This document shows positions 18,461-28,909 of a stretch of 64,000 nt of DNA, in pieces. The position numbers and the translations under genes were made by a program. Position 1 is the stretch's first letter; the number at the start of each line of letters is the position of its first letter. The notes under the pieces are model-generated. The model was not told where the DNA came from and ran no database searches. It saw only the letters and a list, made by a program, of their open reading frames with translations. The stretch is taken from NCBI GenBank assembly GCA_965215565.1, contig CBDCDZ010000004.1, positions 1,472,001 through 1,536,000 of the forward strand, in the 5' to 3' direction. Source of the stretch: Trueperaceae bacterium. Its GTDB lineage: Bacteria; Deinococcota; Deinococci; Deinococcales; Trueperaceae.

Positions 18461-20333
18461 ATGAAGCACATCAAGCACATACCTCTTACACTCCTGGTAG
18501 CCCTACTCGCGCTGATTGGCTGCTCAAACACAGCAACCGATATGCTCGACGAAAGCGCAGCCCCCGCAGCCCTGACCCTAGAGCCTATAGAGGAGAACCA
18601 AGAAGAAGCGGACGCCCTCAACGGTAAGACCGCCGTGCTCCTGCGAACAGGCGAACGCGCCCGCTTCGAGATTGGTGACGTTCAGAGCGGCACCTACAAA
18701 GTAAGCGTACGTGCACGCGGTGACAACTACGAGGGCTGGCCGGTCATGCGCTTGACGGTGAATAATCAGCAGCTAGGTGAGGACGTACTAGTAGGCAGTA
18801 ATGGCTACCGCGAGTACACCTTTGGCGAGGTCGCACTCTCTTCAAGACAAGTGATAGAGGCTGTTTTCACAAACGACAACTATGACGGCTCAGCGGATAG
18901 AGACCGCAACCTCTATGTGGACCAGCTCACGCTAGAACCGGTCAGGACAGACCCGTCGCCGCCTGGTGAAGAAGGCGACCCTCCTCTTCCTCCTCCTAGC
19001 GAAGACGATACACCTACGGCAAGCCCCTCGTCTCTACCCGCTTTTCCGGGGGCGGAAGGATTTGGCTCAGACACCGTTCATGGGCGCGGCGGGCGCGTTA
19101 TCGCAGTGACGAACCTCAACGATTCGGGCGCGGGAAGTTTAAGGGCGGCGCTCGAGGCCAGTGGTCCGCGCATCGTCGTATTCCGGGTTGGGGGCATCAT
19201 CGAACTGCGCCGAGATATTACGATCACGAAACCCTACCTGATGGTCGCAGGTCAGACTGCGCCGGGAGACGGTATCGCAATCAAGAACGCAGGCATCTCG
19301 GTCGCAGCGCACGACGTTGTTTTGCGCTACTTGCGGGGAAGACCGGGCGACGCGCCTGGAGAAGACCCCGAAGACCGCGACAGCTTTCAGGTTGTCTCTC
19401 CCAGGATAAACGGTAGCCGCCCCGAGGTCTACAACGTCGTCCTCGACCACCTCTCGGCGAGCTGGGCGATTGACGAAGTGATGAGCATCTGGGGCGAAAG
19501 GTACAGGGAAGACCTCGTTCATGACGTGACAATTCAGTGGAGCATCATCTCTGAAGCGCTTGATGACAGTTTGCATCCTAAGGGTCCCCACGGCAAAGGC
19601 TTACTCATCGGCGACGGAACAAAGCGTATCAGCGTGCATCACAACTTATTCGCCCACAACCCCGATCGCCATCCACTTATAAAGTCCGGCACGTCAGTCC
19701 AACTCATCAATAATGTAATGTATAACGCTCCTGGGGGCACGGAACTTGCCGACGCCGAAGAAACGAACATGCCAGTCTTCGTCGACACTATAAGCAACTT
19801 CTATAAAGCAGGTCCGAACAGCTCAAACAATACTTGGGCTATGACGATCAAACCGAACATAATATCGTCATCGTCCGTTTACGCTGAAGGCAACTTGAGC
19901 CCGCAGCGCCCTACTGACGAAGGCGATGAGTGGCTCGGCGTACGTGCGCCTGGCGGTGAACCTGGACCTTACCGGGCAGGAAGCCCCGTAGTGGGTGAGC
20001 CTAACGTACAGATCGCTCCAGCGCAGCAGGCTTACGAAGCGGTGCTCAGCGACGCGGGTGCGACGTTACCAGCGCGTGACCGTGTAGATACTAGGGTTGT
20101 GGAAGACGTCAGGAGTGGTAGAGGCCGCTTCATTGACTCGCCACGTGAGATCGGCGGTTACCCGAGCTACGCCTTTGGTCAAGTACCTGAGGACAGCGAC
20201 GGGGACGGGATGTCCGACGCTTGGGAGAGAGAGTATGGCTTTGCGTTTAACGACGTTTCTGACGGACCTGAGAGACGCTGACGGAGACGGATACACCAAC
20301 GTCGAGGAGTTTTTGAACGGGACGAAGCCGTAG
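18461..20333 (+). CDS. lipoprotein: CBM60-like module + pectate lyase (PL1-like) domain; frameshift in last ~20 codons
   Basis: Lipobox LIGC; PAFPGAEGFG..GRGGRV..VTNLNDSGAGSLR; DSDGDGMSDAWE; terminal DADGDGYTNVEEFLNG is in a shifted frame (frame-1 stop at 20281). Confidence 0.85.
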
Positions 20334-20398
20334 CCTCAGGACCGCGGCTATGACGTCGGCGGACGTTCACGTGGGCGGCTTTGCGTTAGCGTAGGCAG

Positions 20399-21553
20399 AT
20401 GTCTCTGCCTACCTTGACGCTCAACCCGAAGCTCGAGCCCGCCCTCAAGTCCAACCACCCCTGGGTCTACCGCAACCACCTGCCTAAACACGCGCTGCAA
20501 ACGGGCGACTGGGTGCGTGTGGAGGCGGGCAGCGCGCACCGCATTGGACTTTACGACGACGAAAGCGCCATCGCCCTGCGGCTTTTTAGCAGCGAGAGCG
20601 TGCCGGATAGAGATTTTATTGAAGCGAAGGTGAAAGACGCGCTGAAGCTGCGCGAAGCGTTTATCAACCCAGAGGTGACAAACGCTTACCGTTTGCTCTT
20701 CGGTGAAGGCGACTTTTTACCCAGCGTCACCATTGACCTTTACGAACGCTACGCCGCGCTGCAAACCTACGCGAAGAGCGTCGAGGTTATCGTAACGGAT
20801 ATAGTCAAAGCGCTCAGCAAGCATCTCAAACTAAGGGGGATTGTGCGGAAAACGCAGAACGGCTTGGACCCTCTTTACGGCAAACGCCCGCCGCCCGAAC
20901 TCACAGTCAAAGAGAACGGCTTGGACCTCATCGCCAACCTTTACGAGGGACAAAAGACCGGCTTGTTCTTGGACCACCGCGACAACCGGGCGACGCTGGA
21001 GAGGGTCTGTGAGGGTAAAACCGTGCTCAACCTCTTCTCGTACACGGGCGCGTTCTCGCTCTACGCGGCGAGGGGCGGCGCGGCGCATGTCACGAGCGTG
21101 GACACAGCGAATGCGGCAAACGAGGACGCGGCACGCAATTTTGCGATGAACGGCTTCGCCCCTGGTGGGCACAACTTCGTGACGGCGGATTGTTTCGAGT
21201 TGCTCGAGACTTACACCAAAGAAAAACGCCAGTTCGACGTGGTTGTGCTAGACCCACCCTCGCTAGCCCGCAACAAAAAGAGCAAATTCGCCGCCCTGCG
21301 CGCCTACAAGAAGCTCAACACCTCCGCGCTCAGATGCGTGAAACCGGGAGGGCTTTTGGCGAGCGCGAGCTGCACCTCGCAGGTGTCGCCGGAGGATTTC
21401 AAAGGGGTATTGGGGGACGCCGCGCGTGACGCGAACGTCCGTTTGCAGCTCGTCCACGAAGCCGGACACGCGCCTGACCACCCCGTGCCCGCCAGCTTCC
21501 CCGAGGGACGCTATCTCAAGTTTGTGATGGGGCGCGTGCTACCGGGGGCGTGA
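20399..21553 (+). CDS. RlmI-like class I SAM-dependent rRNA methyltransferase
   Basis: HPWVY, GQKTGLFLDHRDNR, VLNLFSYTGAFS, LDPP, PEGRYLK. Confidence 0.88.
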   Translation: MSLPTLTLNPKLEPALKSNHPWVYRNHLPKHALQTGDWVRVEAGSAHRIGLYDDESAIALRLFSSESVPDRDFIEAKVKDALKLREAFINPEVTNAYRLLFGEGDFLPSVTIDLYERYAALQTYAKSVEVIVTDIVKALSKHLKLRGIVRKTQNGLDPLYGKRPPPELTVKENGLDLIANLYEGQKTGLFLDHRDNRATLERVCEGKTVLNLFSYTGAFSLYAARGGAAHVTSVDTANAANEDAARNFAMNGFAPGGHNFVTADCFELLETYTKEKRQFDVVVLDPPSLARNKKSKFAALRAYKKLNTSALRCVKPGGLLASASCTSQVSPEDFKGVLGDAARDANVRLQLVHEAGHAPDHPVPASFPEGRYLKFVMGRVLPGA

Positions 21554-22424
21554 CCTCTTGGCCGAGTTTGGTCACCTGACGCCTTAGCCACTCGAGCACG
21601 TCCTCCAAGGGTCCCGCTTCCGGCTCGTTAAAAAGCTCGTGGTAAAACCCAGGGTAGAGCTTCAAGGTTTTATCGTCCGTGAGCGCCGCGTCGTAGAGCG
21701 CCTGGCTGCCCGCAACGTCGGCGATTGCGTCCGCGTCGCCGTGCATCACGAGGAGGGGCAGGTGGCTGATATGCTCGGCTCGCGTCAGCACGTAGGGTCC
21801 GGCGCTCAAGAGTTCCGCGCCCAGGCGCGCCTTGACCTTGCCGTGATAGACGAGCGGGTCGCTTTTGTAAGCTTGGACGACGCCTTCGTCCCGAGACAGC
21901 GCGGACGTGTCTAGCTCCTGCACGGGTAGACTAGGGAAGTAGCGGCTAAAGGCGCGCGAGAGCCTAAGGAGCAGCGGGTGAATCTCGGCGGCGTTTTGGA
22001 TATACGCGGCGCTCAGGATGACGCCGTCCATCTTTTCGGGGTGCTCTAGGGCGAGCTGCAGCGCCACCATGCCGCCCATGCTGTGCCCCAAAACGAAGCG
22101 CGGCACATCGGGGTGTAGTTGGCGCACATGCTCCGTGAAGTCGCCTAAATCCATGACGAACTCGCGAAAGACGTTCACGTTGGCGCGTTCCCCTTCGCTC
22201 TTGCCGTGCCCCCTCTGGTCATAGGCGTAGACGGCGTAACCGCGTTCTGTGAGCCTTTCGGCGACGCGCGTGTAGCGCGACGAGTGCTCGGCGTAGCCGT
22301 GCGCAAGCACCACACAGGCGCGCACGCCCGAGTTTGCCCCTTCCACCTCGGCGGGGGGCAGCCAGTGTTGAGTATAGAGCGTCAGCCCGTCGCTCGTTCT
22401 AAACGAGCCCGTGGTGTGCTGCAT
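21516..22424 (-). CDS. alpha/beta hydrolase (lysophospholipase/monoacylglycerol lipase family)
   Basis: HGYAEH, DQRGHGKS, GHSMGG, YHELFNE. Confidence 0.88.
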   Translation of the reverse strand: MQHTTGSFRTSDGLTLYTQHWLPPAEVEGANSGVRACVVLAHGYAEHSSRYTRVAERLTERGYAVYAYDQRGHGKSEGERANVNVFREFVMDLGDFTEHVRQLHPDVPRFVLGHSMGGMVALQLALEHPEKMDGVILSAAYIQNAAEIHPLLLRLSRAFSRYFPSLPVQELDTSALSRDEGVVQAYKSDPLVYHGKVKARLGAELLSAGPYVLTRAEHISHLPLLVMHGDADAIADVAGSQALYDAALTDDKTLKLYPGFYHELFNEPEAGPLEDVLEWLRRQVTKLGQEVTPPVARAPSQT

Positions 22425-22595
22425 AAGCCCTCCTCTGTGGTGCGCCTTAAAGTCAGAACAGGATACCCTATTTCGGGCGGACTCGAGCGGGAACGGGCGA
22501 TGAGCGGGTTTCTAACAGCGCAGCTCGGAAGTGAGCGTTACGGCTAAGAGGTCATTGAGAGGGAAGATAGGGCGATGAGGCGACGCCTATTCTGC

Positions 22596-22868
22596 TCAGC
22601 GCCCCGTCGCCTCCCCTTTCACCTCCGCCAGCTCGAAGCGCACCTCTTCCATCACCGGGTTGCTGAGCACTTGGGTGGCTATTTCCTGCAGTTGCGCTTC
22701 TACGTCTTCGCGCTCGCCCGAGAGGGTGAGTTCGATGTATTTGCCAACGCGCAAGTCGCCCAAATTGTCGTGACCCAGGCGCTTCAAGGTGTTCTCCACG
22801 GTGCGCCCTTGCGGGTCTAAGATAGCGCGTTTAAGCGTGACGTAGACTTCGGCGCGGTATTCAGGCAT
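22596..22868 (-). CDS. purS: phosphoribosylformylglycinamidine synthase subunit PurS
   Basis: [21 protein letters not shown]; overlaps purC. Confidence 0.92.
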   Translation of the reverse strand: MPEYRAEVYVTLKRAILDPQGRTVENTLKRLGHDNLGDLRVGKYIELTLSGEREDVEAQLQEIATQVLSNPVMEEVRFELAEVKGEATGR

Positions 22869-23586
22869 GGCGGGTCCCTCCGGGTAGGACACGCTTCGCC
22901 ACCTCTTTGTACGCCTCTTCGACGCCGCCCAAGTCGCGCCGAAAGCGGTCCTTGTCGAGCTTTTCGCCGCTCGCGGCGTCCCACAAGCGGCAGGTGTCGG
23001 GGCTGATTTCGTCCGCTAGGATGATCTCGCCCGAGGGCAAACGCCCGAACTCGAGCTTGAAGTCTACGAGCCTCAACCCGCGCTCTGCGAAAAAGGGCGC
23101 TAAGACGTTGTTGATTTTGAGCGACATCTCGTAGAGCGTCTCCAACTCCTCCTCGGTAGCGAAGCCGAGCGCCACCGCCGTCAGGCTATTCATCGGCGGA
23201 TCGCCCAGCTCGTCGGACTTGTAGCACCACTCCACCACGCGCGGGCTCAGCTCGCCGCCTTCGGGAACGCCGTAGCGCTTCGCAAAGGAGCCCGCCGCCA
23301 CGTTGCGCACGATGACCTCGACCGGGATGATGCTCACCGCCCTGACGAGCTGCGCCTGCTCGGAGAGCGTCTCCACGAAATGCGTCGGGACGCCCCGCGC
23401 CCCCAACACCTCGAACAGCCGCGCGCTCACCGCATTGTTGAGCGCACCCTTGCCCCGAACCACCCCGCGCTTTTGCGCGTTAAAAGCGGTCGCGTCGTCC
23501 TTATATTCGACGACGAAGAGGTGCGGATCGTCCGTGGCGAAGACCTTTTTGGCTTTGCCCTCGTAGCGCTGCTCGAGCCTATTCAT
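22861..23586 (-). CDS. purC: SAICAR synthetase
   Basis: [38 protein letters not shown]. Confidence 0.95.
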   Translation of the reverse strand: MNRLEQRYEGKAKKVFATDDPHLFVVEYKDDATAFNAQKRGVVRGKGALNNAVSARLFEVLGARGVPTHFVETLSEQAQLVRAVSIIPVEVIVRNVAAGSFAKRYGVPEGGELSPRVVEWCYKSDELGDPPMNSLTAVALGFATEEELETLYEMSLKINNVLAPFFAERGLRLVDFKLEFGRLPSGEIILADEISPDTCRLWDAASGEKLDKDRFRRDLGGVEEAYKEVAKRVLPGGTRHA

Positions 23587-23596
23587 AAGCTTACTA

Positions 23597-23729
23597 TAGC
23601 AATTAACATAAGTACTGATTGGAATAGCGCAAGTATCATTCTCAAATGTGTGTGCTGCTTACGAAGTTTTCGCAAAGCGAAACGGTGTTCTACATCATGA
23701 GAGCGTTCCAAACCAAATGATACTTGCTA
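23597..23729 (+). repeat. degenerate MITE-family copy F
   Basis: TAGCAATT..TACTGA..CGCAAGTATCATT..GAGAGCGT..AACCAAATGATACTTGCTA. Confidence 0.65.
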
Positions 23730-23763
23730 TATAACGTGTATATCGGGGGAGGTAGAGGGAGCG

Positions 23764-24237
23764 CTAACGCCCTAACGCCACCTCATAGACGGTCCTCGAC
23801 CTCGCGCCGTCCCTGCATACAACCTCATCGGCGGCGGAGAAGGTGCCCCTCAGCCGTCCATTCTGTAGGGTGAGTTGGGCGCTGAGGCTTGAGCCGTCCA
23901 GCGTCGAGACGAGACCCGTGACGGTGCCCGCTCGAGCGCTGCCCCCGAAAGGAAATTCGCGGCTGGCGAGCGTGAACTGTCCCTCTAGCGCCTCGTCGTC
24001 ACCCGTTAGCTCGAGGCTTATAAAAACGGGCGAGCGCGAGCCGCAGGTTTCGATAATGGCGTTCTCGTCCGTCCACGTACCGGTGAGGTTGGTCTCATCG
24101 GCAGCGCCCTCGACGTTCGCGCTGTTAGAGACAACGCCATCAGAGACAGTAGCCGAGCCAGAGCCGCCACCGGCTGTAGCGGGCACCGAGCAAGCTGTGA
24201 GCAACATAGGGAGAAACAGGCAGATAGCGAGCTTCAA
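23764..24237 (-). CDS. hypothetical lipoprotein
   Basis: AGGAGG RBS, TTG start, lipobox LTAC. Confidence 0.7.
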   Translation of the reverse strand: MKLAICLFLPMLLTACSVPATAGGGSGSATVSDGVVSNSANVEGAADETNLTGTWTDENAIIETCGSRSPVFISLELTGDDEALEGQFTLASREFPFGGSARAGTVTGLVSTLDGSSLSAQLTLQNGRLRGTFSAADEVVCRDGARSRTVYEVALGR

Positions 24238-24256
24238 AGCGGTCCTCCTGATATAT

Positions 24257-24411
24257 TAGCAGTTCCAAGACACACTGAGACAAAGTGCCGCAGGCATCAT
24301 TACTGAATGTGCGTACTAGTTAGGCACTTTTCGCAGAGCGAAACGTTGCTTCGGACAGTGAGCGTGTTGCTTCGCATCGCTTCGCGCACTCAAACCAGAT
24401 GATACCTGCTA
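24257..24411 (+). mobile_element. MITE-like copy C
   Basis: TAGCAGTTCCAAGACACACTGAGAC...AACCAGATGATACCTGCTA. Confidence 0.8.
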
Positions 24412-24442
24412 CATTATGTCTAAACCAGGCTACAATACCACT

Positions 24443-25162
24443 ATGCTCATCTACGGTAAACAAGCAGTCACCGAAGCCTTACAAGAGGGCGACGTGCAGC
24501 GCCTTTTCATCGCCAACGGCGTGCAGCCGGGCACGGTCAAACAGTTGGAGTCTTTAGCCAAACGCTTTGGTGTCCCCTTCGAGCACGTGCCGCGCATCGA
24601 CTTGGATCAGACTTTGAAGACGACGCGGCATCAGGGCATCGCCGCCGAACTGCCCGAGCTGACCTACGCCGAGCCCGAGGCACCTTTTAGGCGCGCGGAG
24701 GCGCGCGGCGAAAAGCTCCTTCTCATTCTCTTGGATCAACTGAGCGACCCGCGCAACTACGGTGCGATCATCCGCAGCGCCGAGGTGTTGGGCGCGCACG
24801 GTGTCGTCACCGAAGAGCGGCGGAGCGCGCCCCTGTCGGCGGTCGTCGCGAAAACGTCGGCGGGCGCGAGCAGCCACCTCCCCCTCGTCCAGGTCAAGAA
24901 CTTGCCGCGCTACATCGACGGGCTCAAAAAGCGCAACGTCTGGATTTACGGCGCGTCGGGGGACGCCTATAACAAACCCAGTGACATCGACTGGGACAGG
25001 GACGCTGCACTCGTCATCGGCTCCGAGGGCTCGGGGATGCGCCGCTTGGTGCGGGACAAGTGCGACGACACCGTGATGATCCCGATGCGGGGGCAAGTGG
25101 CGTCTTTGAATGCGTCGGTGGCGGCGGGAATCTTGATCTACGCGGTGATGAACGCGCGGTAG
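24443..25162 (+). CDS. rlmB: 23S rRNA (G2251-2'-O)-methyltransferase
   Basis: IYG, HQGI, DPRNYGAIIRSA, GSEGSG, SLNASVAAG; TACAAT 6 nt before ATG 24443. Confidence 0.9.
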   Translation: MLIYGKQAVTEALQEGDVQRLFIANGVQPGTVKQLESLAKRFGVPFEHVPRIDLDQTLKTTRHQGIAAELPELTYAEPEAPFRRAEARGEKLLLILLDQLSDPRNYGAIIRSAEVLGAHGVVTEERRSAPLSAVVAKTSAGASSHLPLVQVKNLPRYIDGLKKRNVWIYGASGDAYNKPSDIDWDRDAALVIGSEGSGMRRLVRDKCDDTVMIPMRGQVASLNASVAAGILIYAVMNAR

Positions 25163-25243
25163 AGCAGGTAGTGGGTCTATGCCAAATGCCGACGGGTATG
25201 TCTCGCGCCGTTTCCGTGTGATGAGCAAGGGGTTCCGTGTAAA

Positions 25244-25263
25244 CAAGGGGTTTCAACCCCTTG
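25244..25263. repeat. REP-like palindrome CAAGGGGTT-N2-AACCCCTTG
   Basis: Second copy at 37687-37710. Confidence 0.55.
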
Positions 25264-25525
25264 CTCTGACATTCATATCATTACCGAATAGAGCCCTACC
25301 GGAGTGAGACGCAACCGAGTTCCTTTCTCCCTACTTCTCTTAAAGCAGTGCACCAACTAAAACGCGCGAGACACGCTAAACTTAAAGCGTGATACGAATT
25401 CCGTTATACTCTCTATCACCGAGCGCTTTTCTCGGTGATAGTTCATATCACTCCATCCGTATCTTCTTTCCCACTCGCTACGCTCGGATTGATTCGCCAA
25501 CATACGCGAATCAATCGGAATCCGT

Positions 25526-27067
25526 ATGACCTCACTTCCTCGCATCTTCTTCGAGCAGGTACAAGCCTCACCTGAAGAGACGTTCATCCACTTTGAAGGC
25601 GAAGCGTACACCTACGCGGACCTCTACGCCCACGTCTGCCGCGCCGCCGGGTCACTGCGCGCCTGGGGTCTTCGCAAGGGCGAGCGCGCCGCGCTCTACC
25701 TCGAGAATTCACCGAGCTTCGTCGCGGCTTATCTCGGAGTGCTGTGGCTGGGCGGTGTTGTCGTTCTAGTCAACGCGCGTTATAGAGAGGGTGAACTCCG
25801 CTATCTCCTGAGCGACTCAGGCGCGAGGCTCATCGTGAGGGACGCGGAGCGAGCCGAAACTTTGGACCACGTTTTAGGTCATTTAGGTGAAGTGAACGTT
25901 ATCCAGCTAGGTCAGAGCTTAGCGCAGGACGATGAGGTGTGGAGCAGGTTAGCCTGGGGACCCCCGCTCACCTTGCCCGCCGCCCTGGGCTCAGATGACC
26001 TCGCCGTCATCGCCTATACCTCCGGCACTACCGGGCGCGCCAAAGGTGCGACGCTCACGCATGGCAATTTCGTGAGTAACAGCCGCGCCGTGACCCGTGC
26101 GTGGGGCTGGACGGCGGACGATCACCTCTTGCTCGCGCTGCCTCTTTTCCACATGCACGGGCTCGGCGTGGGCTTGCACGGCACACTCACTCAGGGCTCG
26201 AGCCTCACCTTAAAGCGGACCTTTGGCGCGGCGGACGTACTGAGCGAAATAAGGCGCGGGCGCGTCACCATGTTCTTCGGCGTGCCGACGATGTACACCA
26301 GGTTGCTCGAGGCGGCGGACGAAAGAGAGGCGCACGCTCTGCGGCTGCTCGTCTCGGGCTCCGCGCCGCTCAGCCCACAAGTCATGGAGCAGGTGGAGCG
26401 AACCTTTGACCTCCGCATCTTAGAGCGCTACGGCATGACCGAAACGGTGATGAATTTGGGTAATCCACTTTACGGCGAGCGAAAAGCGGGCTCGGTAGGC
26501 GTGCCGTTCGCGGGCATCAAGGTGCGCATCGTCGATGAGCGCGGTCAAGTCGTAAAGCAGGGCGAAGTCGGCGCGCTGCAAGTGCGCGGTCCGAACGTCA
26601 CGAAGGGCTATTGGAACAAACCGGCTGAAACCGAGGCGAGCTTTGTAGACGGCTGGTTCAAAACGGGCGACTTGGGTTTTGCAGACGAGGACGGCTACTA
26701 CTTTTTGACTGGACGCGCTAAAGACCTCATCATTTCAGGCGGCTTTAACGTCTATCCAAGGGAAGTAGAAGAGGTCTTGGCGCAGCACGGCGCGGTGCGA
26801 GAGGTGGCGGTGCTGGGGCTGCCGGATGACGATTTGGGCGAGAAGGTGGTGGCGGTGGTCGTGGCGTCCGAAGAGGTTGACGCGGCAGAATTGCAAGCCT
26901 TTTGCAAAGAGAGGTTAGCGGGCTTCAAAAAACCCAAAGAGGTCTACTTCGTGGATGAACTGCCGCGCAACACGCTGGGGAAGGTGCAGAAGCACGTGTT
27001 GAGGGAGAGGCTCGAGGTTGGTACAGATAGCAGGTATCATCTGGTCAGAGACACTCTCACTTTATGA
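25526..27067 (+). CDS. acyl-CoA synthetase (MatB/malonyl-CoA ligase-like)
   Basis: YTSGTTG, LPLFHMHGL, ERYGMTET, TGD, GKVQK. Confidence 0.88.
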   Translation: MTSLPRIFFEQVQASPEETFIHFEGEAYTYADLYAHVCRAAGSLRAWGLRKGERAALYLENSPSFVAAYLGVLWLGGVVVLVNARYREGELRYLLSDSGARLIVRDAERAETLDHVLGHLGEVNVIQLGQSLAQDDEVWSRLAWGPPLTLPAALGSDDLAVIAYTSGTTGRAKGATLTHGNFVSNSRAVTRAWGWTADDHLLLALPLFHMHGLGVGLHGTLTQGSSLTLKRTFGAADVLSEIRRGRVTMFFGVPTMYTRLLEAADEREAHALRLLVSGSAPLSPQVMEQVERTFDLRILERYGMTETVMNLGNPLYGERKAGSVGVPFAGIKVRIVDERGQVVKQGEVGALQVRGPNVTKGYWNKPAETEASFVDGWFKTGDLGFADEDGYYFLTGRAKDLIISGGFNVYPREVEEVLAQHGAVREVAVLGLPDDDLGEKVVAVVVASEEVDAAELQAFCKERLAGFKKPKEVYFVDELPRNTLGKVQKHVLRERLEVGTDSRYHLVRDTLTL

Positions 27068-27176
27068 AGCAGTGTTGCCAGGCAGCAAACTTGCGTTCCC
27101 TTTCGGGGATGAAGTCCCGCTATTGCTGCGCAATGAGATCGGCGCTCATCCGTCTCAGTATGTTTTGGAGCTGCTA
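27028..27176 (-). mobile_element. MITE-like copy D (overlaps 3' end of the acyl-CoA synthetase)
   Basis: TAGCAGGTATCATCTGG...GTCTCAGTATGTTTTGGAGCTGCTA. Confidence 0.8.
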
Positions 27177-27277
27177 AGTTGCGGAGCGAGGCGAGCATTG
27201 AAGCTAGACGAGACTCGAATTGTTCACGAGGGAAAAACAAACTTTGGCAAACAGCCCCGCGTCGGTCTCCGATGCAA

Positions 27278-28798
27278 CTAACGCCCCGACACCTCCACTA
27301 CCTGCCCCAGCCACCGCCCGAAAAGCGGCACCAGCGGGTTGTCTTCAGCGGTCACGATGTCGATATGGGTGAGACCGGGCAAGACGTAGGCGGAGAAGAA
27401 GACGCTCGCCCTCGCGTTGTTATAAGCCGAAAACCCATCCAATGACGAGACGAGACCACGGCTCGCCCCTACCGCAAGTGTCGGTGTGTGCACCTCGCTG
27501 TTCGGCACAAAGCCGGGCTCGTCGCTCAGGCTGACGTCTAAACGCGCTATATCTAAGAGCAGGCGTATTGGAAAGTACCACTCGTTGAAGTTGGTCTCAG
27601 CGGTCACTTGCGACGCGACGAGCGTGCGCAAGTCGGTGCGCTCTTGCGCCGAATCGCCGCGCTCCCAACGCACGGCGTCGTAGCCGGGCGCGACGCCGGA
27701 AACGCTCCTCGAGCGTGCCCCCTTCGCCCCTTCGGACAAAAAGGCGATGAGGTTGCCGCCGTACGTCGCGCCGACGGGCTCACCTACGGACGCGCCAAAG
27801 GCGGGCGAGAATTCGTAGCGGTCGTCGATCTCCAGACCCGCCAACGCGAAGTTGGTGATAGGAAAGTCGGCGAGGTCTTCGGGCGCGAGATCTTCGGGTG
27901 CGAGGTGCGCGAGCAGCGCCTTCGCTTCGCTCCGAGCGTAGGTGTCGGGCGAGAAGGCGAGGGTGAAGTACGGGTTGCCCTGGCCGGTCTCGAGGCGCGT
28001 CACATCCGGCACGAGTTCGATAGGTCCGACGGAAAATCCTCCTTCGCGGCCGAACGCGCCCGTGCGCCCGAGCGTGCCGTCGATGAGCAAGAGACCGTCC
28101 AGGTGATCGTTGCCCAAGTCCCGCCCCGCCGCGCCGCCGAAGTCGTACGCCGCGTAGAGCGAGGCCATGCTCGCGCCGAGCGAATGCCCGCCCAAAACGA
28201 CGGTGTCCGCAACCGTCTGGGCGCGTTTGACGAGTTCGTGCAGATCGCGCAGGTGCACCTCTAGGCCCCAGCGGGCCAAGAAAGGCACCTCTTCGGGCGG
28301 CACCGCGTTAAAGCCCTCCGGCTCGCCGAGATGCTTGACGTAGTAGTCGTAAGCGATGAGAGGATCGCCCGTGCGCAGGCTCTCCAGCGTCGCGCTGCGG
28401 TACTCTAAGAGGTTGGCGCGGCGGTCGACCGCCCAGACCTCCAGCCCCGGCTGGCTCGCCACGAGTTGGCGCGCCACGATGTCTAGCGTCGCCGCGCCGC
28501 CGAAAATACCCGGCACAAGGATGAGCACGGTGCGGGTGGGCGTGTCCCCTTTCGGCGCGTAGTAGCGCATGTAGAGCGCCCTGTTGAGGTATTCGGGCGT
28601 GCCGGGCGCGGCGTACCCCGGCACGCTGAGGTACTCGTTTCGCACCGCGCCCGGCGCGAAGCGGTACGTCGCGGCGGGCAGACTGAGGTCTATGCGCACG
28701 TCGGGAATAGGCAAGCAGCCCACCAAGAGGATCAGGGACGCTAAAACAGTGAGCCGAAACACCCCTTCATTGTGACCTTTTGTCTTCCCGACATCCAC
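27278..28798 (-). CDS. alpha/beta-hydrolase-fold lipoprotein
   Basis: Lipobox-like LVGC, GHSLG nucleophile motif, C-terminal HID; start uncertain. Confidence 0.75.
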   Translation of the reverse strand: MDVGKTKGHNEGVFRLTVLASLILLVGCLPIPDVRIDLSLPAATYRFAPGAVRNEYLSVPGYAAPGTPEYLNRALYMRYYAPKGDTPTRTVLILVPGIFGGAATLDIVARQLVASQPGLEVWAVDRRANLLEYRSATLESLRTGDPLIAYDYYVKHLGEPEGFNAVPPEEVPFLARWGLEVHLRDLHELVKRAQTVADTVVLGGHSLGASMASLYAAYDFGGAAGRDLGNDHLDGLLLIDGTLGRTGAFGREGGFSVGPIELVPDVTRLETGQGNPYFTLAFSPDTYARSEAKALLAHLAPEDLAPEDLADFPITNFALAGLEIDDRYEFSPAFGASVGEPVGATYGGNLIAFLSEGAKGARSRSVSGVAPGYDAVRWERGDSAQERTDLRTLVASQVTAETNFNEWYFPIRLLLDIARLDVSLSDEPGFVPNSEVHTPTLAVGASRGLVSSLDGFSAYNNARASVFFSAYVLPGLTHIDIVTAEDNPLVPLFGRWLGQVVEVSGR

Positions 28799-28909
28799 AC
28801 CTCGTTTTACGTGAGGCGCGCGCCGCAGCTAACATGGGATTTCTCACACTAGCTCCAGACGTAACCTCAACCTTCGTTCTCCACTTTAGGGGTGGGGTCT
28901 AGGAATGGG

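Noticed and set aside
11474..20333. Lipoprotein repeats as a diversity-generating retroelement or shufflon
   Set aside because: No reverse transcriptase or invertase in the window; the repeated part is the constant N-terminus, and all genes are full-length and co-oriented.
21516..21553. 38-bp convergent overlap of the methyltransferase and hydrolase genes
   Set aside because: Short 3' overlaps are common; no sign of regulatory meaning.
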